Assembly: GCA_947495975.1 (NCBI GenBank)
Contig: CANMBE010000006.1
Coordinates: 951 to 64,950, forward strand
Direction of reading: 5' to 3'
Source of the DNA: Ignavibacteria bacterium
GTDB lineage: Bacteria; Bacteroidota; Ignavibacteria; Kapaibacteriales; Kapaibacteriaceae
DNA: 64,000 bases
In this document: positions 53,448 to 63,334 of the stretch, in pieces
Layout: the number at the start of each line of letters is the position of its first letter
Position numbering within the stretch: position 1 is the first letter of the stretch
The notes under the pieces: generated by a model
Told to the model about the DNA's origin: nothing
Seen by the model: the letters and a program-made list of their open reading frames with translations, nothing else
Database searches by the model: none
Made by a program: the position numbers and the translations under genes

Positions 53448-53690
53448 TTAGTGTGCTAATTGTTTGGTGTAGCGAACGTTGGGAAGCCCCGCGAAGTCTG
53501 TGTCTAACGTGATCAGAGTTACATCGTGTACCAGTGTGGAAGCGTACACAATTGCGTCAGCCGCAACTTTCACAGGATCTTCGCCTTCAGAGTGCTCAAT
53601 TGCTTGTGCAACCTCTATACGCTCTATGAACTCCGATTCTGCTATTCGGAATGGTTCACTCAAGAGCCGTGCATAGGAGGAGAATTCCAT
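53448..53690 (-). pseudogene. C-terminal half of a PIN-domain (VapC-like) toxin; N-terminal half and antitoxin absent
   Basis: 80 aa: FRIAESEFIER...AADAIVYASTLVHDVTLITLDTDFAGLP aligns to VapC residues ~55-130; starts 4 nt after the ABC-F stop and ends 18 nt before the aconitase start. Confidence 0.45.
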
Positions 53691-53693
53691 GTG

Positions 53694-55475
53694 TCATTGT
53701 TTCCGTTCGGCGAGTTCCATCCAGCGACTTGTAGCTTTTTCTATATCAATCGCTATGGACTTTTGCTGTTCAGCCCAAAGCTGGTGATCAGCATAACTCC
53801 CTGCTCCTGAGCTTTGCAGCACAACCTGATCGGCACTCTGCTTCTCGAGTTCTGCAATCTTTCGTTCAAGGTCGCTGAACTCTCGTTGCTCCTTGTACGA
53901 GAGCTTCTTCACAACCTTGCCGCCGTTAGCCCCTTCGCTACCAGGCTGAGGTGTCTTTCCTGAATTCTTCTTGGGCTTTGCCTCGATCTTTTCCAAGTAC
54001 GCGCTGTAATTGCCGGGGTATTCTTTGATGCGTCCGCCATCTTCGAATGCCCAGATGGTGTCAACCGTTTTATCGAGAAACGCTCTGTCGTGAGAAACGA
54101 TGAGCAATACGCCCTTGAAATATGTGAGGTACTCTTCAAGAGCAGAGAGAGTAACAAGGTCAAAGTCGTTTGTTGGCTCATCAAGAAAGAGCACGTTGGG
54201 ATTCGACATGAGAATCAGCAACAGTCCAAGTCGGCGACGCTCCCCACCAGACAGAGTGTGCACGTATGCGTGCTGCTGCTTTGACGAAAAACCAAACCTG
54301 TCGCAGAGTTCCTTGGCCGTGATAAAACGCTCTCGTCCAATACCTACATCAATGTATTCTGCAACCTCTCGCACGTTAGCAATCACTGTTTCATTTTCTA
54401 ATAGATCGCGAAGTTCTTGCTGAAAGAACCCAATGGAAACAGTATCACCAATAGTTACATGACCATGCGTAGGGGGCTTCTTGCCCGCCAACATCGACAG
54501 TAACGTTGTCTTGCCTGCCCCATTGGCGCCAATGATTCCGATGCGATCTTTTGGCGCTGCTCTGTATGTAAAGTCATTGATGATAGGGGGCAATGACACA
54601 TCAATTGCGTCAATAATTTTGCCACCAAGAAAGCGGCCGCCTACTTCGATGTCGATGTCACGAAACTCAGTAGATGCAGTGGTCTGCTCTTTCTGCATTT
54701 TATCAATCCAATCGATACGGCTTTGCTGTTTGGAGCGTCGAGCTTTAGCGCCTTTTTGCAGCCAGGCAAGTTCGGTTCTGAGTTTGTTACGTTGATGATC
54801 TGCCGTTGCATCTGCAAGTGCTACCATCGACTCTTTGCGCTCTAGATACCGTTCGTACGAACCATCATATGAAAACAATCGAGTTTGATCAATCTCAATA
54901 ATGCGTGTGCACACTGCATCCAGAAAATATCGATCGTGAGTTACAAGCAAAAGGCCGCGCGTAGTTGACTGCAGATCATCTTGCAACCACTGAACACTTG
55001 CGGCATCAAGGTGATTCGTTGGCTCATCAAGTATGAGTAAGTCTGGTTCCGACATAAGTGCGCGCGAGATTGCAACGCGCTTGCGCTGTCCACCTGAAAG
55101 AATGTGCACGTTGCTCGATGGATCATGAATTCCAAGGCGCCCAAGCGTTTGGCGTGCTCGAGTTTCTAATTCCCATTCTTCGAGGTGACCATGCGTTTCA
55201 TCGTATGCGCTCATGACGGCATGTAACGCAGTATCATCCACATCAAATGTGGGCAACTGCGGCAGATATTCAATGCGCACTTCGCGGTTGATTGCTACAT
55301 CGCCTTCATCAGGAGGATCGATGCCGGCAATAATTCTAAGTAGTGACGTTTTCCCGGCGCCATTGCGACCAATAACGCCCACACGTTCGCCATCCTGCAT
55401 GCCAAACGAGATCTTTTCAAAAAGAGATTTCTCGTAGTATGATTTGCTGAGATCAGTTACAGTAAATAACGTCAT
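53694..55475 (-). CDS. ABC-F family ATPase (two ABC domains, C-terminal coiled coil; Uup/EttA-like)
   Basis: Two Walker A (GRNGAGKTSLL, GANGAGKTTLL) and two LSGG signatures; no TM domains. Confidence 0.85.
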   Translation of the reverse strand: MTLFTVTDLSKSYYEKSLFEKISFGMQDGERVGVIGRNGAGKTSLLRIIAGIDPPDEGDVAINREVRIEYLPQLPTFDVDDTALHAVMSAYDETHGHLEEWELETRARQTLGRLGIHDPSSNVHILSGGQRKRVAISRALMSEPDLLILDEPTNHLDAASVQWLQDDLQSTTRGLLLVTHDRYFLDAVCTRIIEIDQTRLFSYDGSYERYLERKESMVALADATADHQRNKLRTELAWLQKGAKARRSKQQSRIDWIDKMQKEQTTASTEFRDIDIEVGGRFLGGKIIDAIDVSLPPIINDFTYRAAPKDRIGIIGANGAGKTTLLSMLAGKKPPTHGHVTIGDTVSIGFFQQELRDLLENETVIANVREVAEYIDVGIGRERFITAKELCDRFGFSSKQQHAYVHTLSGGERRRLGLLLILMSNPNVLFLDEPTNDFDLVTLSALEEYLTYFKGVLLIVSHDRAFLDKTVDTIWAFEDGGRIKEYPGNYSAYLEKIEAKPKKNSGKTPQPGSEGANGGKVVKKLSYKEQREFSDLERKIAELEKQSADQVVLQSSGAGSYADHQLWAEQQKSIAIDIEKATSRWMELAERKQ

Positions 55476-55492
55476 ATCGTAACGGTCTCCTC

Positions 55493-56479
55493 TTACGCGG
55501 CCTCGCTGACGTCTTCATCAACGGGATCTTCTGTCATGGCAAGAACTTGCACGTTAACGGCAGAGTGGAGTCCATCCTCGCGACGCTTTTCTAAAAGTCC
55601 AGCAGGGATTCGAACCACTTTCTTTACAAGACCAATCTTTTCAAAGAGGCGAATGCTGAGCCCCGTAATATCTATTTGCCACCACTTCATGCCGTGAAAT
55701 GCCGATGCAGGAAATGCATGGTGATTGTTATGCCAGCCTTCGCCTAGTGCAAGGATGCCAACGATAAAGTTGTTGCGGCTCTTATCTGTTGTTGTGAACA
55801 TCCGGCCGCCAATGTAATGGCAGACAGAGTTAACGCTCCATGTTACGTGCGAGGTAATGAAGACACGAACCATGCCACCCCAGATAAAGCCCATCCAGGC
55901 ACCGTGGCCACCACCGATGAAAAAGCCGATAACGGCAGGCAAGAACAGGCCGCCGAAGCCCCAATACGGAAAGGTTCTAGAGAACCATGCAATCATCGGG
56001 TCTTTGGTGTAACGGCTGCCCCATTTGACGATTACTTCGTCCATGTTTGGAGTGCTCATCTCAAACAACCACTCAAAGTGCGCGTATAGAAAACCGCTGA
56101 GTGTTGGTGAATGAGGGTCGCCCTCTTGGTCGCTAAACGCATGATGCTTGGTGTGGACTGAAGCCCAATTCACAACTGGACCTTGAAAGGCCATTGAGCC
56201 AAGCGCAAGGATTGCTGCTTTCAATGCAGGATGTGGTTCATAGGCCTTGTGAACTACAAGCCGGTGATAGCCCATCGTAATGCCGTATTCGGCTAGAACT
56301 ACACCAGCAACACAAAGGATAATGTAATACGGCGCTATGTCTCCCTGAAACGCAGCGTACGCAGCGTAGACTGTTCCAAGTAAGGGAAGAATGAGGAGAC
56401 CGAAGATCGGAATTTTAAACACGGAGCTAACTTTGCAAGTGGAATGAAGACTCAAAGTTACGGAGAAATTGTACCACAT
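55493..56479 (-). CDS. Acyl-CoA (delta-9-type) fatty acid desaturase
   Basis: His boxes HRLVVH, HKHHAF, HNNHHAF; 4 TM segments. Confidence 0.85.
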   Translation of the reverse strand: MWYNFSVTLSLHSTCKVSSVFKIPIFGLLILPLLGTVYAAYAAFQGDIAPYYIILCVAGVVLAEYGITMGYHRLVVHKAYEPHPALKAAILALGSMAFQGPVVNWASVHTKHHAFSDQEGDPHSPTLSGFLYAHFEWLFEMSTPNMDEVIVKWGSRYTKDPMIAWFSRTFPYWGFGGLFLPAVIGFFIGGGHGAWMGFIWGGMVRVFITSHVTWSVNSVCHYIGGRMFTTTDKSRNNFIVGILALGEGWHNNHHAFPASAFHGMKWWQIDITGLSIRLFEKIGLVKKVVRIPAGLLEKRREDGLHSAVNVQVLAMTEDPVDEDVSEAA

Positions 56480-56723
56480 GTGCTCTTGCCGGTGACGAAT
56501 CTGCGGCCACTTTTGCCCTGCGAATGGAGCCCCCTTGACATAAACATCTTGCTCAGCGCAACCAACAAATGACTGCAGATATTCTCACGGTCCAACTTCA
56601 GATGATTATACGAATCTGATGATACCAACAGTTCGTCAACATGACTGCGTTAGGACTTCATCCAGGCTCCAATGAGAGTCCAGGATAGGAAGAACACAGG
56701 CGAGCTAAAAGTGCCGAAAACGC

Positions 56724-56753
56724 AAAGGGTTGTGCAGAAGTGCACAACCCTTT
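56724..56753 (-). terminator. Rho-independent terminator after the first FKBP gene
   Basis: 13-bp perfect stem AAAGGGTTGTGCA / TGCACAACCCTTT with a GAAG loop, T-rich on the minus-strand reading, 25 nt after the stop. Confidence 0.6.
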
Positions 56754-56780
56754 GAAAGTTTGTCAGGATGAGACGAACGC

Positions 56781-57488
56781 TTAGTTCGTGATATCGAGAA
56801 GTTCAACTTCAAATGTGAGCGTCTCATTTGGACCAATCGATTGACCTGCACCGTTCGTGCCGTACGCGAGGTTTGACGGGATGTAGAACATATACTTAGA
56901 GCCAACGGCCATAAGCTGCACGCCTTCTGTCCAGCCTGCTATAACGCCACTAAGTGGAAACTCTATCGGCTCGCCGCGTTCAACAGAGCTGTCGAACACC
57001 GTACCATCGATGAGCTTACCTGTGTAATGCACTTTTACTTTGTTTTCCTTGGTTGGCTTCTTGCCCTTGCCTTCAACCAGCACCTCGTATTGAAGTCCAC
57101 TCGGCGTAACCATCACACCTGGCTTCTTCTTGTTTTCTGTGAGGAATGCTTCGCCCTTTATCTTATTCACTTCGCCTTTTTTGCTGGCTTCAGCTTGTTG
57201 CTTAGCCATCGAAGCTTGCTGTAGAGATGTCATTGCGGTGGTAAGCTCTGCATCTGTGAGCAGTGCTTTACCAGCCATCATATCTCGCAGGCCGCTCACG
57301 AGTTGATCAATATCAAGGTCCAATCCTTGGTCCTTGAGGGATTTGCCAATCTGCATACCTACGGCATAACTCGCCGTATCCTTCGATGATGTTGGTTTCA
57401 CTTTGTTCACTTGCGGTTGGGCGGTTGCTAGCTCTGCGGTACCAATACCAGCAATGAGGGCAAACGCTAGGATGATAATTTTTTGCAT
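56781..57488 (-). CDS. FKBP-type peptidyl-prolyl cis-trans isomerase (FkpA/Mip-like, secreted)
   Basis: Signal peptide; N-terminal dimerisation helices; FKBP motif VKVHYTGKLIDGTVFDSS...FEVELLDI. Confidence 0.8.
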   Translation of the reverse strand: MQKIIILAFALIAGIGTAELATAQPQVNKVKPTSSKDTASYAVGMQIGKSLKDQGLDLDIDQLVSGLRDMMAGKALLTDAELTTAMTSLQQASMAKQQAEASKKGEVNKIKGEAFLTENKKKPGVMVTPSGLQYEVLVEGKGKKPTKENKVKVHYTGKLIDGTVFDSSVERGEPIEFPLSGVIAGWTEGVQLMAVGSKYMFYIPSNLAYGTNGAGQSIGPNETLTFEVELLDITN

Positions 57489-57520
57489 TTCGTACTACGG
57501 TTTGTGATGAAGGACGGTGA

Positions 57521-58246
57521 TTATTTGGTGATCGCGATGAGTTCCACGTCAAAAACAAGCACGGAACCTGGGGGGATTGTCTGACCCGAACCTTGGTCTC
57601 CGTATGCCAGGGCGCTTGGAATAACGACGTGTACTTTTGACCCAACGTTCATAAGCTGGAGGATCTCTGTCCAACCTGGGATTACTCCTGCGACAGGGAA
57701 CTCCACTGGCTGGCCACGTTGCACTGAGCTGTCAAAGACACTACCGTCGATTAACGAGCCCGTATAGTGTACCTTCACGGTATTATCCTTTGTCGGCTTT
57801 GGCCCATTGCCTTGCGCAACAACTTGATATTGGAGGCCGCTCGCCGTTGTGATAACACCAGGCTTCGTTTTGTTCTGAGCTAGATACCCATCACCAGCAG
57901 CACGACTTGAATCTGCCTTTTGGGTCTGCTCTGCTTGCATCTTCTTCATTGCTTGTTCTTGAATCTTTGCCATCACTGTTTGCAGTGTTGAATCTGCAAA
58001 GAGTGATTTATCGGCGAGTACATCGCGCATTCCGGCTGCTAGCATATTGATATCTACATCAAGCGATTGCTGCTTCAATGATTTGCCAATTTGTACGCCG
58101 ATAGCGTAACTGGTTGAATCCAGTCCATTAGCCGGCTTTACGGCATTAACTTCTGGAGTTGACTCGCAGGCAGCGAGGATGCAACACGCAAGTGCTGCGG
58201 TCAGAAAGACCTTCATAGAATTCCTTTGGTTTGATATGAACGGCAA
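57521..58246 (-). CDS. FKBP-type peptidyl-prolyl cis-trans isomerase, tandem paralog (lipoprotein-like leader)
   Basis: VKVHYTGSLIDGSVFDSS...FDVELIAI; about 50% identity to the neighbouring gene. Confidence 0.8.
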   Translation of the reverse strand: MPFISNQRNSMKVFLTAALACCILAACESTPEVNAVKPANGLDSTSYAIGVQIGKSLKQQSLDVDINMLAAGMRDVLADKSLFADSTLQTVMAKIQEQAMKKMQAEQTQKADSSRAAGDGYLAQNKTKPGVITTASGLQYQVVAQGNGPKPTKDNTVKVHYTGSLIDGSVFDSSVQRGQPVEFPVAGVIPGWTEILQLMNVGSKVHVVIPSALAYGDQGSGQTIPPGSVLVFDVELIAITK

Positions 58247-58262
58247 AGATATGGGTCAAGCG

Positions 58263-58592
58263 TCATTCAACGGGTATCCATAAATGAATCTTCATATCTA
58301 CAGCCTCTCCGATGAACGAGACCCCTTCGGCCTCCAGTCGCTCCCGCATTATATAGGGTGTCTCAAAGTGCATTTTGCCCGAAAGCTCCCCTAGGCGATT
58401 AACTACGCGGTGGCAGGGGATGTCTATGCGGTCTTGCAGCGGCACGGCATTAAGCGCCCAACCAATCATCCGAGCGCCAGACCTCACGCCGATTATCTGC
58501 GCGATTTGCCCGTACGTAGCCACTTTGCCATACGGAACAGAGCGCACGATTGAATAAATGCGGTCGTATAGATCTGAAGACTCGTGTGTCAT
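58263..58592 (-). CDS. MGMT-family protein (methylated-DNA-protein-cysteine methyltransferase DNA-binding domain only; active-site PCHR present)
   Basis: VPYGKVATYGQIA...IPCHRVVN. Confidence 0.7.
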   Translation of the reverse strand: MTHESSDLYDRIYSIVRSVPYGKVATYGQIAQIIGVRSGARMIGWALNAVPLQDRIDIPCHRVVNRLGELSGKMHFETPYIMRERLEAEGVSFIGEAVDMKIHLWIPVE

Positions 58593-60194
58593 AGCAGTAA
58601 TTTAGCACCCATGCCCAAACGGATCGAACTCCTCCTCTCGCCTTCGCAGGCAGTAAGCCCAGCAACCGTGCGCCACCACGCAGCGCTTGAAGCGGGCATT
58701 GTGCTTGATGATGTTACGTCGGTACGACTCATCCGCCGTTCCATAGATGCGCGCGCGCGGATGCCAGGCGTGCGAATTCAAGCTGATGTCTATGCAGGGG
58801 AAGAAGCTCCAGTAACATCACTCGTTCTTGACAATCTGAAACATGCCAACTCCAAAAAGCGTGTTATCATCGTTGGTGCTGGACCCGCCGGATATTTTGC
58901 TGCTCTCGAACTACTCGAACACGGAATCACACCAATTGTGATCGATCGCGGAAAAGACGTGCGAGCAAGAAGACGCGATCTGCGCGCCATCCAACAAGAT
59001 GGAATTGTTGATCCACACTCGAATTATTGTTTTGGTGAAGGGGGCGCAGGAACGTACTCAGACGGTAAACTCTACACACGATCGCACAAACGTGGAAGTA
59101 TTGAAAAGGTATTACAACTCTTGGTTGAGCATGGGGCTACCACTGACATACTCATCGACACACATCCTCACATCGGCTCTAATAAGCTGTGGGTGGTAGT
59201 TCAAAAAATGAGAGAAACAATTCTGCAATTCGGTGGCGAAGTACATTTTGAATCCTACGTTACCGATATGGTGCTGACGTCGGACGCACAAAAAAATCGA
59301 TCGGCAAAGGGCGTTGTTCTCTCCGACGGACGCGAGATCCTAGCCGATGCCGTGATTCTTGCCACAGGACATAGCGCCCGCGATGTATTTTTCATGTGCG
59401 AGCGAAATAACATCGCTGTTGAATCAAAGCCGTTTGCCCTTGGAGTGCGTATTGAACACTCGCAAGAACTCATTGACTCTATTCAGTATCATCATGCGCC
59501 CCGTCATCCAGATCTGCCGGCATCGTCGTACAAGCTGGTTTGCCAAGCCGATGGAAGGGGCGTGTTTTCATTCTGCATGTGCCCTGGTGGACTCATCGTG
59601 CCATCTGCGACTTCGGCTGGGGAGATCGTTGTGAATGGTATGTCGATGTCTCGGCGCGATTCGCCATTTGCGAACTCAGGAACAGTTGTAGCGGTTGAAC
59701 CACAAGACTGGCAAGACTATGCGAGTGCTGGAAATCTTGCAGCTATGGAGTATCAAGCCAGTGTTGAGCGCGCAGCATTTGCAAGCAATGGCGATGGATC
59801 ACAGCGGTCGCCGGCTCAAAGACTCGTGGATTATCTCGGTGGACATGTCTCTTCGTCGATTCCTAAAACGTCGTACATCCCAGGTCATGCAAGCATCGAC
59901 ATGCGAAGTATTCTTCCGCCGAATATTGACGCAAGATTGCGAATTGCAATTCGCGAGTTTGGCCGATCAATGCGGGGATATCTTACCAACGATGCCGTAA
60001 TGGTTGGCGTTGAGTCTCGCACATCTTCACCTGTGCGCATTCCACGCGATCACGAAACAAAAGAGCACATAAATGTTAGTAGACTCTTTCCCTGTGGCGA
60101 AGGAGCAGGCTATGCAGGGGGCATTGTGAGCGCCGCACTAGATGGACAAAATGTAGCTCAGTCCATTATTGCTAAGATTTTCTCTGCGGCCTGA
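58584..60194 (+). CDS. FAD-dependent oxidoreductase (NAD(FAD)-utilising dehydrogenase family)
   Basis: Dinucleotide-binding VIIVGAGPAGYFAA; 536 aa; true start possibly the Met at 58611. Confidence 0.7.
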   Translation: MCHSSNLAPMPKRIELLLSPSQAVSPATVRHHAALEAGIVLDDVTSVRLIRRSIDARARMPGVRIQADVYAGEEAPVTSLVLDNLKHANSKKRVIIVGAGPAGYFAALELLEHGITPIVIDRGKDVRARRRDLRAIQQDGIVDPHSNYCFGEGGAGTYSDGKLYTRSHKRGSIEKVLQLLVEHGATTDILIDTHPHIGSNKLWVVVQKMRETILQFGGEVHFESYVTDMVLTSDAQKNRSAKGVVLSDGREILADAVILATGHSARDVFFMCERNNIAVESKPFALGVRIEHSQELIDSIQYHHAPRHPDLPASSYKLVCQADGRGVFSFCMCPGGLIVPSATSAGEIVVNGMSMSRRDSPFANSGTVVAVEPQDWQDYASAGNLAAMEYQASVERAAFASNGDGSQRSPAQRLVDYLGGHVSSSIPKTSYIPGHASIDMRSILPPNIDARLRIAIREFGRSMRGYLTNDAVMVGVESRTSSPVRIPRDHETKEHINVSRLFPCGEGAGYAGGIVSAALDGQNVAQSIIAKIFSAA

Positions 60195-60260
60195 CGCCCG
60201 GTTTCTGCAACACCATTCATGTAGCCACGGATAGGGGGCGCATGGCCATGCGCCCATGCT

Positions 60261-61658
60261 TTACTTACGAAGGATGCGAAATACGGTACGTCTGTTCTTG
60301 GCCCGGTTCTCTTCAGAATCATTTGGTACCATTGGCATCATGAAGCCCATGCCCCTCGTGCGCAAGCGCGTTGCATCCACGCCTCTGTTTACGAGGGCCG
60401 ATTTTACCGACTCTGCCCGTGATTGAGAAAGTATCTGATTATACTCTTCGGTACCAATGTTGTCCGTATGCCCCTGAACCTCGAGCACTACATTTTCAAA
60501 TCGCTCCAAGGCGTCGGAAAGCTCATCCAGGATGTAGTAGGAGGCAGTGTCGATGTCACTTTCATTGTACGCAAAAAGAATCAACTTCGAAAATTCATCG
60601 CGCGGATCAATTGGTGAAAGGGGCGTCTTGTCATACACTCCTCTAGCGATCAGTGTGTCGCGGCCTGGTACTCGTACGGTAAGATCAACAGTGTGAAGTC
60701 CTTCATATCGAGGTGGTGTATAGGTGACGAGATAATAATTGCGAAGGCTACGGTATATGTCCAGAAAGATCGAGAGCAGGTCCTTCTTGGTATACGCTCT
60801 GTAATATTTGCCACCGGTATAGAGTGAGAGATCCTGCAGGGGCTCGTCTTGTGCGTACCCAAAGCCAACGCAGTAGATGGAAACATTGTGTTTGGTAGCG
60901 TATTCAAAAATGTCGCCAATCTTCACTGTTGAGAGATTCTCATCCCCATCCGAAAACACAACACACACTTTTGGCTGATCAAGCGGTACATCTTTTAAGG
61001 TCTGCAGTGTCTTTAGAATTCCATCATACGTAGCTGTAAAAAGACCCTGAGAATATTTCTTGTACTCGCGAAATTCGCGCAACATCGCCCCCGTATCACT
61101 CGAGAGTGGAAACACGCTTCGTATCTCCTTGTGATAGGCAGTAAGGGAAATGTTATCGCAACTGCGCTTCATCTCAATGAACAGCTCCGTACCAAGATCA
61201 ATGGTTTCCTTAGCCCCTTTCATTGATCCTGAGCAATCGATGGCCAGCGCAATATTTGTTGGAATGGAGTCTTTCTCTCCAAATTCGCGAACCGTAAATG
61301 TAGCGATATCAACTTCCCGCACTTTTCGGCGGATACCAAGCCTTTCGGTAAGGACAGGGAAGTAGTCAGGGGCGCCATCCTTTTTGTAGGGGGCTGCCAT
61401 GTTCGTCACAACAAATCCATTTGAATCGAGCACGCGCACAAAGAGCCGGATAGAATCGGGAAACGAATAGTGTTCAAGCTTCCAGACGTCGGTCTTGAGA
61501 GCGCTGATGTCTACCGAGTCAATACTTCTTGTTGCTACGTAGCGCGTTTGCGATGTGCGCTCGCCATTGTCTCGTAGATCAAATTCTTGCGAGAGTCTAT
61601 GGGTGCTCTTACATGAGAGCACAGAGATCAAGAGGAAGCCGGCGATTAGTGGTCTCAT
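60261..61658 (-). CDS. Lipoprotein with von Willebrand factor A domain (MIDAS DCSGSM) and C-terminal OmpA-like peptidoglycan-binding domain
   Basis: LSC lipobox; LAIDCSGSMKG; QGHTDNIGTEEYNQILSQSRAESV. Confidence 0.75.
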   Translation of the reverse strand: MRPLIAGFLLISVLSCKSTHRLSQEFDLRDNGERTSQTRYVATRSIDSVDISALKTDVWKLEHYSFPDSIRLFVRVLDSNGFVVTNMAAPYKKDGAPDYFPVLTERLGIRRKVREVDIATFTVREFGEKDSIPTNIALAIDCSGSMKGAKETIDLGTELFIEMKRSCDNISLTAYHKEIRSVFPLSSDTGAMLREFREYKKYSQGLFTATYDGILKTLQTLKDVPLDQPKVCVVFSDGDENLSTVKIGDIFEYATKHNVSIYCVGFGYAQDEPLQDLSLYTGGKYYRAYTKKDLLSIFLDIYRSLRNYYLVTYTPPRYEGLHTVDLTVRVPGRDTLIARGVYDKTPLSPIDPRDEFSKLILFAYNESDIDTASYYILDELSDALERFENVVLEVQGHTDNIGTEEYNQILSQSRAESVKSALVNRGVDATRLRTRGMGFMMPMVPNDSEENRAKNRRTVFRILRK

Positions 61659-62326
61659 GCAATCTTGAGCCCTACAACCATGCCGTCACCAAGGGGGACC
61701 AGAGTGCTTTGCAATTGCGGATGGGTACACATATGGTTGTTGAACGCATCCAGGGCCTGCACATTGTGAGGCTCAAACAGAGTAGTTGCGCTACGAGCCA
61801 CCTCGCCCCATGCCAAAGCGTTATCGCCGATGATGAGCCCGCCCAGGCGTACCCGTGGCAGAACGAGGTCTAGATAAGCGCTGTAGTTGACTTTGTCAGC
61901 ATCGATGAAGACTGCGTCAAAGGTCACATCAGTGGTTTCGAGCAGGCGTGCTATGGTTTGAAGGGCTGCACCCTCCAAAACATGAATCACGGATTCAAAA
62001 CCAAACTCACGAGCCTTACCACGAATGAATTGGGCATGTGTTGGATCGTATTCACACGCATAAAGCACGCCATAGGATGGCAATGCCTGAGCCATGACGA
62101 TTGCCGAATATCCCGCTAGCGACCCAATCTCGAGAACAGTTGTAGCTCCAATTGATCGAAGCATGACTTGCAGAAAATTTGTCTGTTCCGGTGAGATCGA
62201 GATTGCAGGGATGCCGGCATCGAGTGCTTGGATGTTGAGCAGACGTAATGCCGCCGATTCCGAAGAGAACCGTGTAGCGATATAGTCATTGAGCTCATCG
62301 GTGAGATACGTAGATCGAGTAGCCAT
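61655..62326 (-). CDS. Class I SAM-dependent O-methyltransferase (caffeoyl-CoA OMT-like)
   Basis: VLEIGSLAGYSA SAM motif I; FIDADK. Confidence 0.8.
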   Translation of the reverse strand: MATRSTYLTDELNDYIATRFSSESAALRLLNIQALDAGIPAISISPEQTNFLQVMLRSIGATTVLEIGSLAGYSAIVMAQALPSYGVLYACEYDPTHAQFIRGKAREFGFESVIHVLEGAALQTIARLLETTDVTFDAVFIDADKVNYSAYLDLVLPRVRLGGLIIGDNALAWGEVARSATTLFEPHNVQALDAFNNHMCTHPQLQSTLVPLGDGMVVGLKIA

Positions 62327-62329
62327 GAC

Positions 62330-63334
62330 TTACGGCCTGTGCCCGATTCCTACGTTCACATTCACACCGCTCCTGTTGAAATCGTGCAGAAATTTCTTCA
62401 ATGTCATAAGAGTCGAGTCTAGCTTGCTTGCAATATCATCGTCATACATCAATGCATGCAGCAGGCTCTTGTTTGTCTTTATGTCTTGCACAATTCCATT
62501 GATGCGGCCGATAAGAGTATCGGCACCCATTATTGCACCATCAGCTTTTGAAAGAGTTGCCTCGAGACTGAGAAGTACTTTGTCGGCGCGGTCAATAATC
62601 TGCGAAACCTTGGGCTCGTTACGGTTTACACTCTCACGAAGCTGCGACGTAATGTCTCGCAAATCTCGAATAGATGCTGTCAACGGTGTACGATTCTGTT
62701 GAAACCAGCCACGCAGGTCTGTCATGAGCACAGCGCCGTCGGAAGAGATCGTCCGCACGTTGTTCACAAACGAACCGTCTCGCATAAGATCTGTGAGCCC
62801 AGCGCTGATTGTATCGAGCCTTCGCACCAGATTGATGGCGTTGCCGCTTACTTCACCAAGAGACGTAACGAGGGTGCCAATATCAGCCGCTACCGTACCA
62901 GGAATTTCCGCGTCAGGATTCAACGATTGGGTGGATGACCCAGGAATGATCTCGATTTTCTTACCGCCAGTGATTTCAAGGATGGTGACAAATGCCTTGG
63001 CGTCGCTCATAACATCAGAAGCATCGCTAAGACTAACGTGTACAAGCACCGCCCCGTTGTCGTTTACAACGTCTGACACAATTCCGCGCTTCACTCCATT
63101 GACCACAACAGGACTTCCTGTTTCAACACCGCCTGATGTGGCAAGCCGGACCTTTAGCGTGCGCTTACTTGGGTCAAGACTGAGCCCCTTGCCAAGCATA
63201 ATGCCGCCGATGAGGAGTGCAATGGAAACGATGCTAACAAGGCCAACGCGGATTTCAGTGGAGCGCGAAATATTCAACGGGATTTCTCCGAGAAGATCAG
63301 AATGGAATATCGTCCGATTCCGGGGCAGGCGCAA
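62330..63334 (-). CDS. MlaD/Mce-family protein (single N-terminal TM, MCE domain)
   Basis: 334 aa; TM anchor; MCE-like KVRLATSGGVETGSPVVVNGVKRG. Confidence 0.7.
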   Translation of the reverse strand: MRLPRNRTIFHSDLLGEIPLNISRSTEIRVGLVSIVSIALLIGGIMLGKGLSLDPSKRTLKVRLATSGGVETGSPVVVNGVKRGIVSDVVNDNGAVLVHVSLSDASDVMSDAKAFVTILEITGGKKIEIIPGSSTQSLNPDAEIPGTVAADIGTLVTSLGEVSGNAINLVRRLDTISAGLTDLMRDGSFVNNVRTISSDGAVLMTDLRGWFQQNRTPLTASIRDLRDITSQLRESVNRNEPKVSQIIDRADKVLLSLEATLSKADGAIMGADTLIGRINGIVQDIKTNKSLLHALMYDDDIASKLDSTLMTLKKFLHDFNRSGVNVNVGIGHRP

